The notes under the pieces: generated by a model
What the model was told of the DNA's origin: nothing
Database searches by the model: none
Seen by the model: only the letters and a program-made list of their open reading frames with translations
Program-made: the position numbers and the translations under genes
Part shown: positions 46,496 through 55,118 of the stretch, piece after piece
How the letters are laid out: each line of letters starts with the position of its first letter
Position numbering within the stretch: position 1 is the stretch's first letter
Virus record (IMG/VR): IMGVR_UViG_3300047553_000365
Location: 1-64,000 of that record
Reading direction: 5' to 3' (one strand)
From: a virus
Length of the DNA stretch: 64,000 nucleotides

Positions 46496-46905
46496 TCAGG
46501 TTTAATAGTTCCATTCTTACTATTAGCCAAGGTTATATGAAGTCCACGATATCTATCACCATCTTTAATTCCTAGAGCGGCTTTAATTCCTTCAATTTCT
46601 CTAGAATAGACTTTAAGATAATACATGATGAACCCTTTTTTGTATCCACCTTCGATGATATATGGGTCATACTCAAAGTCCACAGATTGTTTATGATATC
46701 CCTTTGCAGCTTGCCAGTCGATTTCATGTTTATTAACTACATTGTTATAGATTGTAATATGCGCTCCATGCATAGGAGTATTCATTTTAATCCAATACCT
46801 TTTGGAAATAAACCAGTAGTAATAGTTTACAAAATCCCTAGAGATATCCACCACAATCCTATTATGGTCTTTCTCTACTGAAATTTTACCACTAGCTTTC
46901 AACAT
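46468..46905 (-). CDS. 2H phosphoesterase-like protein
   Basis: GAHITIY and GLHITLA (two HxT motifs); ATG 5 nt after promoter motif. Confidence 0.6.
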   Translation of the reverse strand: MLKASGKISVEKDHNRIVVDISRDFVNYYYWFISKRYWIKMNTPMHGAHITIYNNVVNKHEIDWQAAKGYHKQSVDFEYDPYIIEGGYKKGFIMYYLKVYSREIEGIKAALGIKDGDRYRGLHITLANSKNGTIKPDWPQMITIK

Positions 46906-46928
46906 TCCTTATTGTAGTCCGGTTTTAA

Positions 46929-47261
46929 TTAATCATAATCCCAAGGATCAATTTCTTTCACCCTACCTTTTTGGGGAATCTTATCAAACTGTTCAGTATT
47001 AATAAGATCACGGGTAGCGGCTCTATCTTTCTTTTTAGTATATCTTTTAACAATTTTAGAAAGTGCCGTGGATTGTTTGTTATTAGAAGTCCAAGTTTCT
47101 GCCAAATTGATAAGTTCTCTTGAAGTATAAGAATACTCTCCACCTTCAAAAAGGTTGTGTTGAATTTTGTAAAGATTTTTATTAACTTTACGAATGTTCA
47201 CACACCAAGAACAATTCTCCTTAACAAGTTTTATTGCCTCTTTAATATTCATTTGCGGCAT
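46929..47261 (-). CDS. hypothetical protein
   Basis: ORF track. Confidence 0.7.
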   Translation of the reverse strand: MPQMNIKEAIKLVKENCSWCVNIRKVNKNLYKIQHNLFEGGEYSYTSRELINLAETWTSNNKQSTALSKIVKRYTKKKDRAATRDLINTEQFDKIPQKGRVKEIDPWDYD

Positions 47262-47773
47262 TTGAATTTAAGTTCTCCTCCACACAAGTTACAAGAATAA
47301 ATTGTCCCCCTTCTAATCCTATTATGCCTAATAGAGCTAAGATGATGTTCCTTACACTTACACTCATAGACATAATTCCTACCACCCTTAACCTTAGTAA
47401 CACTAATGTCATAGTTATGACAACGGCTAGGTTCAAGACCATAAACCTTAATCATAATATCTTGCCAAGACTTACCATGAATGTCCCGGCGACCACCCTT
47501 GTATTGATAACCATTAACTTCCTTATCAATCCAATGAGCAACTTCATGAGGAACAGTCCTATTAAGGAAATCCTCTTTATGATGCTCTGCGAAATCCAAT
47601 TGGAACATAAGTTCTTTCTTGGTAAAGTTACAATAACCACCCCAAGTTCCTTTACGCTTAAAGATGATATTGTTTGGGCGAGAAAACTTTCTACCATAGA
47701 AGTCTTCTGCTTGTTTGAAACATTGTAATACTTTGATTACAATTTGATCTTTCATGGGAAGTGTATCGATCAT
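47249..47773 (-). CDS. SprT family zinc metalloprotease
   Basis: TVPHEVAH, HGKSWQDIM, CH.Y, YVYECKC, YSCNLCG. Confidence 0.88.
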   Translation of the reverse strand: MIDTLPMKDQIVIKVLQCFKQAEDFYGRKFSRPNNIIFKRKGTWGGYCNFTKKELMFQLDFAEHHKEDFLNRTVPHEVAHWIDKEVNGYQYKGGRRDIHGKSWQDIMIKVYGLEPSRCHNYDISVTKVKGGRNYVYECKCKEHHLSSIRHNRIRRGTIYSCNLCGGELKFKCRK

Positions 47774-47793
47774 GCCTAAAGTATACCCCGGTT

Positions 47794-48063
47794 TTAATCA
47801 ATTAATTGTGGATGGTAAATCAACGAAGCCTCTCCAACTGCAATATACCAATAACAATTCTTTTCTTTAGGATGTTTTACAAATACATTAGATTCATAAA
47901 CTTGTTCAAACATGAATCGTTCACAGAATGGTTTAGGATTTTCTGGATCAAGTTTGGGAGCATTAATCAAATCATCCACAGAAATCAAATCATCCTTGAT
48001 TTGTTCTGTAGTATTCTTATTAATATTCTCTACCCAATCCTTCCATTCAATTACTTTAAACAT
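47794..48063 (-). CDS. hypothetical protein
   Basis: ORF track. Confidence 0.65.
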   Translation of the reverse strand: MFKVIEWKDWVENINKNTTEQIKDDLISVDDLINAPKLDPENPKPFCERFMFEQVYESNVFVKHPKEKNCYWYIAVGEASLIYHPQLID

Positions 48064-48067
48064 AGTG

Positions 48068-48514
48068 TTAGTTAGTTAGATATTTTTCAATCCATTCATC
48101 TGTCATAATTTTTCCCTTACTAAGTTCATTTATTTTAATACAAGAATGAGTCTTACCATCCAATCTGGACCCCTCTTTACAATTATACCTCACAATTTGA
48201 AATCCGAATTTTTTCAAAAATTTAAAGACTTCTTTTTTTCTGCTAAACCATTTAAATAATTGCACGGGACCACGAAATCCAAACTTAAGATCTTCTATAT
48301 CAAAATGTCCAATATGAGGAATATCCCTTTTAGGTCCGGGGTGAGTTCTTGTATTATATACATCCACATTAAAAGTTTTTAATGCGAGAGAAACAAGGGT
48401 GCTACCGTATTTCTCATCCAAGATCTTATATTCTTCACTATTCTCACTAAATTCGTGAGTATAGGGGCCAAGTTTACTTTTCTTATGTTCTACTCTGTAA
48501 AAGTATTTACTCAT
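48068..48514 (-). CDS. hypothetical protein
   Basis: YFYRVEH...GPY...HPGP. Confidence 0.7.
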   Translation of the reverse strand: MSKYFYRVEHKKSKLGPYTHEFSENSEEYKILDEKYGSTLVSLALKTFNVDVYNTRTHPGPKRDIPHIGHFDIEDLKFGFRGPVQLFKWFSRKKEVFKFLKKFGFQIVRYNCKEGSRLDGKTHSCIKINELSKGKIMTDEWIEKYLTN

Positions 48515-48515
48515 T

Positions 48516-48929
48516 TTAGTTAGATGCTAGACGAAATGATTTAAGATAGCGAGCAAATTGAAGATCCTTATAAATTTTTGGTTGCAACCATTCCAGATCA
48601 GGATCATTCTCATACTTAGAAATATCCATACCATAAACATCTTCTGGCACAATAAAAGCTATTGCACTTACAGAGTTATTAAGATCAGGTTCTTGGAATG
48701 ATGCGAAGTCCATCTTAAACTTAATAAGTTCTCTTTCTCGTTCAAGCATATCATTGGAACCACCACCATCCAAGACAATAAAGGTCTTATGGTTTTTAGC
48801 AAACTCTTTATAGAGTTTCTTATTACCATAATCAAGTTGATATTCCACAGCAGCATGTCCTACCTGAATACCTTTTTGTATACCACTAAGGTTATACATC
48901 ACAAAGAAATACATTCTAAGTCCTTTCAT
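48516..48929 (-). CDS. peptidyl-tRNA hydrolase II-like protein
   Basis: MYFFVMYNLSGIQKGIQVGHAA, KTFIVL, FQEPDLNNSVSAIA. Confidence 0.5.
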   Translation of the reverse strand: MKGLRMYFFVMYNLSGIQKGIQVGHAAVEYQLDYGNKKLYKEFAKNHKTFIVLDGGGSNDMLERERELIKFKMDFASFQEPDLNNSVSAIAFIVPEDVYGMDISKYENDPDLEWLQPKIYKDLQFARYLKSFRLASN

Positions 48930-48931
48930 AA

Positions 48932-49489
48932 TTAAGAGAGTCTTTTAACAAACAACACAATATTATCCTGACTAGGAATTTCCACATCAATATAAGTTTC
49001 AAGCAAATCACCCAATGAAATAGAATAAATTCTCATTTGATCCTTAACATGAGTAATATTTCCATTAACATAACTATGCACAAGTTCTTCCAAGGTAGGA
49101 GGATTGTTATACAGCAAACGCTTATAATCTTCTGCATTAACTTTAGGACAATCCTTTCCTTCCCATTCCTCGGAAAACTTATCAATAGCTTCTTCCAAAA
49201 GAGAAAAGCAAGTATAATCTGCAACCGTCTCAAAAGGTTCATTACCAAGAACGATGAGAAGCCACAAAGTTTCCTTGGGATAATCAGGATGCTTAATAAA
49301 AAGCTCTGCTGAATCCACACCACTAATCAAATTAGTAGCTAGATTAATCTTCTCATCATTATTATTACCAACGATGAATTCATCTTCATCCCCTCCATCA
49401 TTAACTTTGTAAAGTTCAAAGTTATATTCCTTAACAAGAATATTCAGGAGAGACTTAACAACTGGAGTCCAATTATTGTAAGTTTTCAT
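48932..49489 (-). CDS. hypothetical protein
   Basis: ATG 6 nt after promoter motif. Confidence 0.75.
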   Translation of the reverse strand: MKTYNNWTPVVKSLLNILVKEYNFELYKVNDGGDEDEFIVGNNNDEKINLATNLISGVDSAELFIKHPDYPKETLWLLIVLGNEPFETVADYTCFSLLEEAIDKFSEEWEGKDCPKVNAEDYKRLLYNNPPTLEELVHSYVNGNITHVKDQMRIYSISLGDLLETYIDVEIPSQDNIVLFVKRLS

Positions 49490-49520
49490 GCCCAAAGTAT
49501 AGGTCGGTTTTAATTACTGT

Positions 49521-49937
49521 TTACTTGGATATTTTTAGAATCAGTTGATATTCCGTATACTCTTCATTGGGACCAAACTTATCATCCTCGATTGTTTCAA
49601 TTCTGTGAAGTTCAAGCTTACCCTTAGTCCAATCATTGACTGTAGTGTAGTCGGTATAATGTTTAGTCACATCCTTATTAATATAAAGAGTTAGTCCTTC
49701 ATGCGTAACTTCTGCAAACTTTGGAATAATAACTTCATCCCTAACAACATTCGTAACAGTATTAGGGGCGAATAAACAAAAGATAGTTGCCACAATAGCG
49801 TTTAGCATGAGTCCTAGGATAATACCGCACACAAAATTTGCAACAGTATCACCAACATCCTCATACATACATGAAAGTATACATAAGTAAAAGACAATCG
49901 CAGCCACTATAAGGTATGTAATTTCGTAACCAGTCAT
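49521..49937 (-). CDS. two-TM membrane protein
   Basis: Hydrophobic N-terminal half. Confidence 0.7.
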   Translation of the reverse strand: MTGYEITYLIVAAIVFYLCILSCMYEDVGDTVANFVCGIILGLMLNAIVATIFCLFAPNTVTNVVRDEVIIPKFAEVTHEGLTLYINKDVTKHYTDYTTVNDWTKGKLELHRIETIEDDKFGPNEEYTEYQLILKISK

Positions 49938-49954
49938 ATTATATTATTCTAATG

Positions 49955-50027
49955 TAGGGGCAGTAGGATTTGAACCTACGACCCAAGGATTATGAGTCCT
50001 CTGCTCTAACCACTGAGCTATACCCCT
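49955..50027 (-). tRNA. tRNA-Ile2/Met(CAT), Ile2-like body
   Basis: AGGGGTA/TGCCCCT, GAGGA-CTCATAA-TCCTT; D arm AGCTCAGTGGTTAGAGC as in ileX-type tRNAs. Confidence 0.88.
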
Positions 50028-50033
50028 ATGTTA

Positions 50034-50270
50034 TTAATTAGTGCAAACACGCTCACGCATAATTTGAAATACTGTTTGCTTAAGAAGATCACTACCAATA
50101 CTCAATCCTAAAAAATTAACACTCTCTAGTTCATGCACACGGTCAAGAAAGGTATCCAATTGATGCCTTTCATCTTCCTTAAGACCTTTAGTATCAAATA
50201 CTCCAATAGGTGTAGTTGCTCTAATAAAATACCTGTTTTCCCATCCGTCTACTCTCCATTTCATAGTCAT
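50034..50270 (-). CDS. hypothetical protein
   Basis: ORF track. Confidence 0.6.
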   Translation of the reverse strand: MTMKWRVDGWENRYFIRATTPIGVFDTKGLKEDERHQLDTFLDRVHELESVNFLGLSIGSDLLKQTVFQIMRERVCTN

Positions 50271-50271
50271 A

Positions 50272-50499
50272 TTATTTGTTTGGTTTATGTTTCTTTAACA
50301 GCTTTAAACAAAGTTTTCCTAATTCATCATCTCCAAAGTGTTGTTTAATTATATGCGACACTAAAGCTTTTTCACTTTTCAATCCATTACAAACCCAAAG
50401 TTCTCCCTTCTTAGAATATCCCCAAGTTCCTCCCCAAACATTAGGATCACACTTATGGAATTCGTATCCTGCAAGTTTTACTATTTCTTCGTATGTCAT
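50272..50499 (-). CDS. hypothetical protein
   Basis: ORF track. Confidence 0.6.
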   Translation of the reverse strand: MTYEEIVKLAGYEFHKCDPNVWGGTWGYSKKGELWVCNGLKSEKALVSHIIKQHFGDDELGKLCLKLLKKHKPNK

Positions 50500-50502
50500 A
50501 GA

Positions 50503-50835
50503 TTACATTTTCTGTAAAACTTCCCGAACCCTTTCCGCAGCTTCCAACTTAAAATTAACCCCATCTTCAAAATCAATAAACCAATCCAACAAAAACAATT
50601 CAACTGCTTGAAACATGGCCAAAGAATCAAGATCAGTAGAGAAACAACAAAAGCCACCATTACCATATTGCGCTCCAATTTCTGCCAATTTATGTTCGCA
50701 GTCTCCTCTACGAATAATGTAAACATTAGAAGGATCAACATCCCACAAAATCCCCAACAATTTCTTTAGGGCATCTTCTGGTTGATAATTTTTATATTGT
50801 TCAACAAAATTATTCATATTAGTTGTAGTTTTCAT
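50503..50835 (-). CDS. hypothetical protein
   Basis: ATG 6 nt after promoter motif. Confidence 0.7.
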   Translation of the reverse strand: MKTTTNMNNFVEQYKNYQPEDALKKLLGILWDVDPSNVYIIRRGDCEHKLAEIGAQYGNGGFCCFSTDLDSLAMFQAVELFLLDWFIDFEDGVNFKLEAAERVREVLQKM

Positions 50836-50868
50836 AGTCTTATTGTATCCCGGTTTTAATTACTTAAG

Positions 50869-50943
50869 TGGTGTTACATATTGGAATCGAACCAATCACC
50901 CGTCAGTTATAAACCAACCGCTCTACCAATGAGCTAATGTAAC
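50869..50943 (-). tRNA. tRNA-Ile(TAT)
   Basis: GTTACAT/ATGTAAC, GTTGG-TTTATAA-CTGAC, T arm ATTGG/CCAAT, encoded CCA. Confidence 0.9.
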
Positions 50944-50957
50944 ATTTATTATTACAG

Positions 50958-51084
50958 TGGCATGGGTGGGAATCGAACCCACACGCCCTAAACGGGCAAC
51001 GGATTTTGACGATTAATATAATATTGTTTCAACTATATTAATCGGTTTAAAAAGTCCGTAGCGTCTACCAATTCCGCCACCATG
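50958..51084 (-). tRNA. tRNA-Leu (CAA or TAA) with 42-nt hairpin insertion in the anticodon loop
   Basis: GGCATGG/CCATGCC, Leu D arm GGCGGAATTGGTAGACGC, ACGGA/TCCGT stem, long variable arm; insert holds CGATTAATATA/TATATTAATCG. Confidence 0.85.
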
Positions 51085-51097
51085 CCATTAACTCTAT

Positions 51098-51253
51098 TTA
51101 GTCTGCCTCATCTACAATGAAGACAGAAGCATAAGATTGAGTCTTAGGGTCTTCATAGCTTACACCATAGGCAGGATTGCAATCCTTAAGGGCAGCACAG
51201 TTACTAAGAGTAATTGCACCAATCATAATTCCAATATATTTCAACGTTTTCAT
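51098..51253 (-). CDS. small lipoprotein (51 aa, not in track)
   Basis: MKTLKYIGIMIGAITLSNC lipobox-like. Confidence 0.55.
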   Translation of the reverse strand: MKTLKYIGIMIGAITLSNCAALKDCNPAYGVSYEDPKTQSYASVFIVDEAD

Positions 51254-51449
51254 ATTTATTTTATTTTAGCAGTTATACCATTTATTACAACATTTACATT
51301 TAAAAGTTCCTCCAAATACAGGGTGTGCAGACTCCATAATATGTTTACCAGTTTTAGTAACTTCACACACTGTATTGATTTGTCGGCTAGAAGTAGGATT
51401 GAACATACTTAGAATAATTTCACCAATGAGTTTCAATATTTTCATAGGT

Positions 51450-51695
51450 TTATTTCTTGTAGCCTTTCAGTAGTTCTCCAATATGTTCAAGAACCAATTT
51501 AGCTTCTTCGATAGTAAGACAAACCATTCCACCATTATAGTTCATCTTTTGAGACTTGTCAATCTCAAAATTTGCAATAGTAATTCCATCACCCCCAACA
51601 TCTTTACGAAAATTCTCAATAGAAATACCATAAGTCTGTCCCATGAAGATTTTAATTTCCTTATATACTTCTGGTTCCATAATTTTATTCTTCAA
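51450..51695 (-). CDS. hypothetical protein
   Basis: ORF track. Confidence 0.65.
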   Translation of the reverse strand: MKNKIMEPEVYKEIKIFMGQTYGISIENFRKDVGGDGITIANFEIDKSQKMNYNGGMVCLTIEEAKLVLEHIGELLKGYKK

Positions 51696-51879
51696 ATTGT
51701 CTTACATATTCGTCTGCCATCATAGATATAATGGTTACTTGCCATGTTAGGGGAAACCACTTATCCCTAATCAACTCCCAAAAATCCTTTGGCCACCTAC
51801 CATATTCACACAGATATTTCCATGCTTTAATATGTTCAGGATTCTTAATATCAAAATAGTCTACGATTGATTCTTGCAT
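51685..51879 (-). CDS. hypothetical protein
   Basis: ORF track. Confidence 0.65.
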   Translation of the reverse strand: MQESIVDYFDIKNPEHIKAWKYLCEYGRWPKDFWELIRDKWFPLTWQVTIISMMADEYVRQFEE

Positions 51880-51880
51880 A

Positions 51881-52069
51881 TTACAGTTTGTTTAATTCTT
51901 TTCTTATTTTAGTGTTACAAGGAAAACAATGTTCACATGGAAAAAAACCCTTTGGAATAGTTTCCGTTACTGTTCCTTCCACCTTTAAACATTTACTATG
52001 TTCAGCATGATATACCCTAACACCCCAACGAGGAGTTGCAATTGCTTTTGGGTTATATTTTAATTTCAT
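51881..52069 (-). CDS. hypothetical protein
   Basis: ORF track. Confidence 0.55.
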   Translation of the reverse strand: MKLKYNPKAIATPRWGVRVYHAEHSKCLKVEGTVTETIPKGFFPCEHCFPCNTKIRKELNKL

Positions 52070-52260
52070 AGTTTGTTAATTTCTTCAAACGCTTTCTCCC
52101 AATTGTTTGTATCCATTAGAACGGAGATAGCGAGTTGGTCATACTTACCCAAGGTCTTGAATTTGTCAACAAATTCCTTTGCCTTTTGTTCTGCAAGTTC
52201 CGCAGATTCATTTACAGTAAGTGTAAATAGATTAAGATTGTTAATAAGTTTCGGTGACAT
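52066..52260 (-). CDS. hypothetical protein
   Basis: ATG 6 nt after promoter motif. Confidence 0.65.
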   Translation of the reverse strand: MSPKLINNLNLFTLTVNESAELAEQKAKEFVDKFKTLGKYDQLAISVLMDTNNWEKAFEEINKL

Positions 52261-52284
52261 GGTTATAGTATACCGTGGTTTTAA

Positions 52285-52641
52285 TTACTTGGTAAATGCT
52301 CTGATAGAATACAGAGAGATACTAAATAGGATTGCAGTTCTAATAACATAGAGTTCAACATATTGTAGAGAACATCCGATACAATCCAAAATACCATTAA
52401 CATAAGGTTCCTTCATAAACCATGCGATTAAAAGAATGGAAGGTAGACCAATAATTGCAGGAGTAGATTCTGGCTTCTCATCAAACTTAAGTAGTTTAGA
52501 GAATGTCCAAACACCAAATAGAAAGACACTCAAGCCTGTAAGATAACCCCATAATGCATAGTCAAACAAAAATCCACCACCTAACATAATTGGTAGACCT
52601 GTCCACCAAGGAAGGTTAAAAAGATAACTAAGTATTTTCAT
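52285..52641 (-). CDS. multi-TM membrane protein
   Basis: Four hydrophobic segments. Confidence 0.7.
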   Translation of the reverse strand: MKILSYLFNLPWWTGLPIMLGGGFLFDYALWGYLTGLSVFLFGVWTFSKLLKFDEKPESTPAIIGLPSILLIAWFMKEPYVNGILDCIGCSLQYVELYVIRTAILFSISLYSIRAFTK

Positions 52642-52643
52642 AA

Positions 52644-52859
52644 TTAATAAGTGTCTTTCTGAGTCCTTCTATTACAGATATCATCTTCCCATTCATTATG
52701 TTTAGGAACATGATTCTCAACTGCTTCTTCCCTTGTGTTGGCAAATTGCCATACCCAACAAGCAACATCTAGCTTCTCAAAAGCATCTTTCCAAGATTCA
52801 TTCTCTTCAAAAGCAACAATATTGCCATCATTTTCTTCGATTGTAATGTATCTGTTCAT
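52644..52859 (-). CDS. hypothetical protein
   Basis: ORF track. Confidence 0.65.
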   Translation of the reverse strand: MNRYITIEENDGNIVAFEENESWKDAFEKLDVACWVWQFANTREEAVENHVPKHNEWEDDICNRRTQKDTY

Positions 52860-52861
52860 AA

Positions 52862-53170
52862 TTAATAAAGATTTTCAGAATATAATATTCCCGTTTGCCC
52901 ATCATAACAGAGTTTTCTAATTTGTCCATTTTTTTCTGCAACTGCCCAAGCCTCTTCTCTTGATAAGAATTCACCAAACTGATTAATAAATCCTTGTTTC
53001 TCTACTTGATATTTAAAATTATCCCCATAGATTCTTCTACCTGTTTCTCTCATATCTGGTGAAAAATGTCTAACTCCCGAAAGAATTAACCCATCTTTCA
53101 TCATCATAGCTGCACATACTATGATAGAGTCAGGCTTTACTAAACCTTTTTCTGTCCAATAGTCTTCCAT
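52862..53170 (-). CDS. conserved phage hypothetical protein
   Basis: IVCAA...GVRH...QGFINQFGEFLSREEA...LYSENLY. Confidence 0.75.
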   Translation of the reverse strand: MEDYWTEKGLVKPDSIIVCAAMMMKDGLILSGVRHFSPDMRETGRRIYGDNFKYQVEKQGFINQFGEFLSREEAWAVAEKNGQIRKLCYDGQTGILYSENLY

Positions 53171-53180
53171 AATTTTAAGG

Positions 53181-53214
53181 GGTAGCAGTAACCCACTCCT
53201 AGATTACTGCTACC
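53181..53214. terminator. perfect 11-bp inverted repeat (terminator-like)
   Basis: GGTAGCAGTAA/TTACTGCTACC in an intergenic gap. Confidence 0.55.
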
Positions 53215-53243
53215 GTTTTACTCCCCACCACTTGTATTACAAG

Positions 53244-53738
53244 TTATTCAACATCTGTAGGAATTCCAAGAATGTTCTCTGCCTTAACATTGAAACATTC
53301 CTTAACTTCCTCAACTTCTCCCATAAGCTTCTTTGCATCACTACCAGTAAGATAGGAAGCAAACTGTTCCTTACTCACTTCTGATCCATCAACATAGTAA
53401 TGGGTCTTAGTCCTATTACCCACAGAAGGGTAAAGACGAATGTAATCCACTCCCTTATGTTCGATGATATAAGGGAATTGCTTCCATTGTCCCCAAGGAA
53501 GTGCGCCAACTTCTCCCCTAGTTCCTTCTTCAATTCCCTGCTTAACGCTGGAAAGGTTAGCATAATCAATACCAGCCCTTACAACACCTTCTGATACCTT
53601 TTCAAGAATAACATTCTTAAAAGAAGCAGCAGGTTTAGGTTGAGACTTCCAGCAAACCTTTACAAAGTTACCCTTTGCAGACAGAATCTTATTCTTAATT
53701 GCATCGGCACTCAATGACATATTAGTAGTATCGCTCAT
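53244..53738 (-). CDS. hypothetical protein
   Basis: ATG 6 nt after promoter motif. Confidence 0.8.
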   Translation of the reverse strand: MSDTTNMSLSADAIKNKILSAKGNFVKVCWKSQPKPAASFKNVILEKVSEGVVRAGIDYANLSSVKQGIEEGTRGEVGALPWGQWKQFPYIIEHKGVDYIRLYPSVGNRTKTHYYVDGSEVSKEQFASYLTGSDAKKLMGEVEEVKECFNVKAENILGIPTDVE

Positions 53739-53762
53739 ATCAGTATTATAGTTCGGTTTTAA

Positions 53763-54017
53763 TTAGTAGTTTCTATTAGCATTCACAAGACCATCAAACC
53801 ATGATTGGTCTTCCATAGACTTAGTAGCATTAGGACAAGTCCTAGAGATAAAAACATTAATATACTTACTGGTAGTTTTACTATGTTTGTAACCAGTAAT
53901 AACAACTCCCCTGCCGGGAATAAATGCAGCAACAGGAGTAGAGTAAGAATAAAAGATAACGCTTCCATCATTAAGATGAATGTCCGTTTGATTAGGAGAA
54001 ACATTAATAACTTTCAT
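53763..54017 (-). CDS. conserved phage hypothetical protein
   Basis: FYSYSTPVAA...HSKTTSKYIN. Confidence 0.75.
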   Translation of the reverse strand: MKVINVSPNQTDIHLNDGSVIFYSYSTPVAAFIPGRGVVITGYKHSKTTSKYINVFISRTCPNATKSMEDQSWFDGLVNANRNY

Positions 54018-54044
54018 GGCCCTATTGTATCCCGGTTTTAATTA

Positions 54045-54323
54045 CTATTCTTTTTCTATTGGAGTATGCACATTAACACAGTAAATCAAATTGTCATTTC
54101 CTCTACCACTATTTCTATATTCAAATGATCTACAAAACTCGTATCCTTTTTCTTTCCACATTTTACCAAGGAATTCATTTCTTTCATTCACATCATCAAA
54201 CTCATAGTAATTAGTAGTCACAGAGGTTTTTCTACCTTTGATAAATATCCAACTACTACCTGTATGTTGAAAGGTTAAGGACATATTAATATTCGTAGCC
54301 TTTATATTTTCTATAAGTATCAA
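54045..54323 (-). CDS. hypothetical protein
   Basis: ORF track. Confidence 0.55.
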   Translation of the reverse strand: MILIENIKATNINMSLTFQHTGSSWIFIKGRKTSVTTNYYEFDDVNERNEFLGKMWKEKGYEFCRSFEYRNSGRGNDNLIYCVNVHTPIEKE

Positions 54324-54483
54324 AACATTCGGGATCTTGTTTGGCTTTTCGCCTTTCTTCTCTGATCTTACTTTTCTTTAAATATTTACGATACTTTGAT
54401 TGTTTATGTTCTCCCCCTTTTTTGGGAGAATCAAAATATCTTTCAATTTGTTCTGACATAATAGTGTAATTAATGGCGATCAC
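54286..54483 (-). CDS. small basic hypothetical protein (true start likely downstream of tRNA-Arg)
   Basis: MSEQIERYFD...YRKYKGYEY. Confidence 0.55.
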   Translation of the reverse strand: MIAINYTIMSEQIERYFDSPKKGGEHKQSKYRKYLKKSKIREERRKAKQDPECFDTYRKYKGYEY

Positions 54484-54551
54484 GGCAAGATTCGAACTTG
54501 CAACCTAATCCTTAGAAGGGATTTGCTCTGGTCCTATTGAGCTACGCGACC
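54474..54551 (-). tRNA. trnR: tRNA-Arg(TCT)
   Basis: GGTCGCG/CGTGATC, AATCC-CTTCTAA-GGATT, encoded CCA. Confidence 0.95.
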
Positions 54552-54560
54552 ATGTTAATA

Positions 54561-55094
54561 TTATTTATCCTCAATATTGAATTTGTCACGAAGATCATTC
54601 ATAAGTTCAACTGCTTCAAGGGTAGTATCCTCTCCACTTTTAATATACTCCAAGGCTCTAGCAACAACATTCCTTAGATTACTAACAGCCTTTTTAACAT
54701 GAGTATACTCCTCATTCGTGTCACAGATATAAAGAGAGATTTTTTCCAATTCCTTAAGACTTTCGATTTTTCCATACCAGATTTTTTCTATTGTTTCAAT
54801 AACCCTTTCTTTAACCCTTTCATTCCATCCTGCAACTCTATTAACCCTAGTGCTTTTAAGGACACCCTTATTAGTTCTAGTATTAACAGCACAGATACGA
54901 ATAGCATCTGCTCCACACTTACGAGAAACCCCATTAGTAATGGAGGAATAAACCAACACCATAATATCAGGATTCTTCTTACTAGTGTAGGAATAGACAA
55001 TCTCATTTCCTGACTTATCCTTTGTCCAACCTTTAGCGTGTTGCAAAAGGCCATCAAATTCTAATTCAGTAATGGTAACATAGGTCTTGCTCAT
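54561..55094 (-). CDS. hypothetical protein
   Basis: ATG 6 nt after promoter motif. Confidence 0.75.
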   Translation of the reverse strand: MSKTYVTITELEFDGLLQHAKGWTKDKSGNEIVYSYTSKKNPDIMVLVYSSITNGVSRKCGADAIRICAVNTRTNKGVLKSTRVNRVAGWNERVKERVIETIEKIWYGKIESLKELEKISLYICDTNEEYTHVKKAVSNLRNVVARALEYIKSGEDTTLEAVELMNDLRDKFNIEDK

Positions 55095-55118
55095 GCCCAA
55101 AGTATACCCCGGTTTTAA

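Noticed and set aside
51008-51050. Group I intron in tRNA-Leu
   Set aside because: Only 42 nt, with no catalytic core and no terminal G at the 3' splice position
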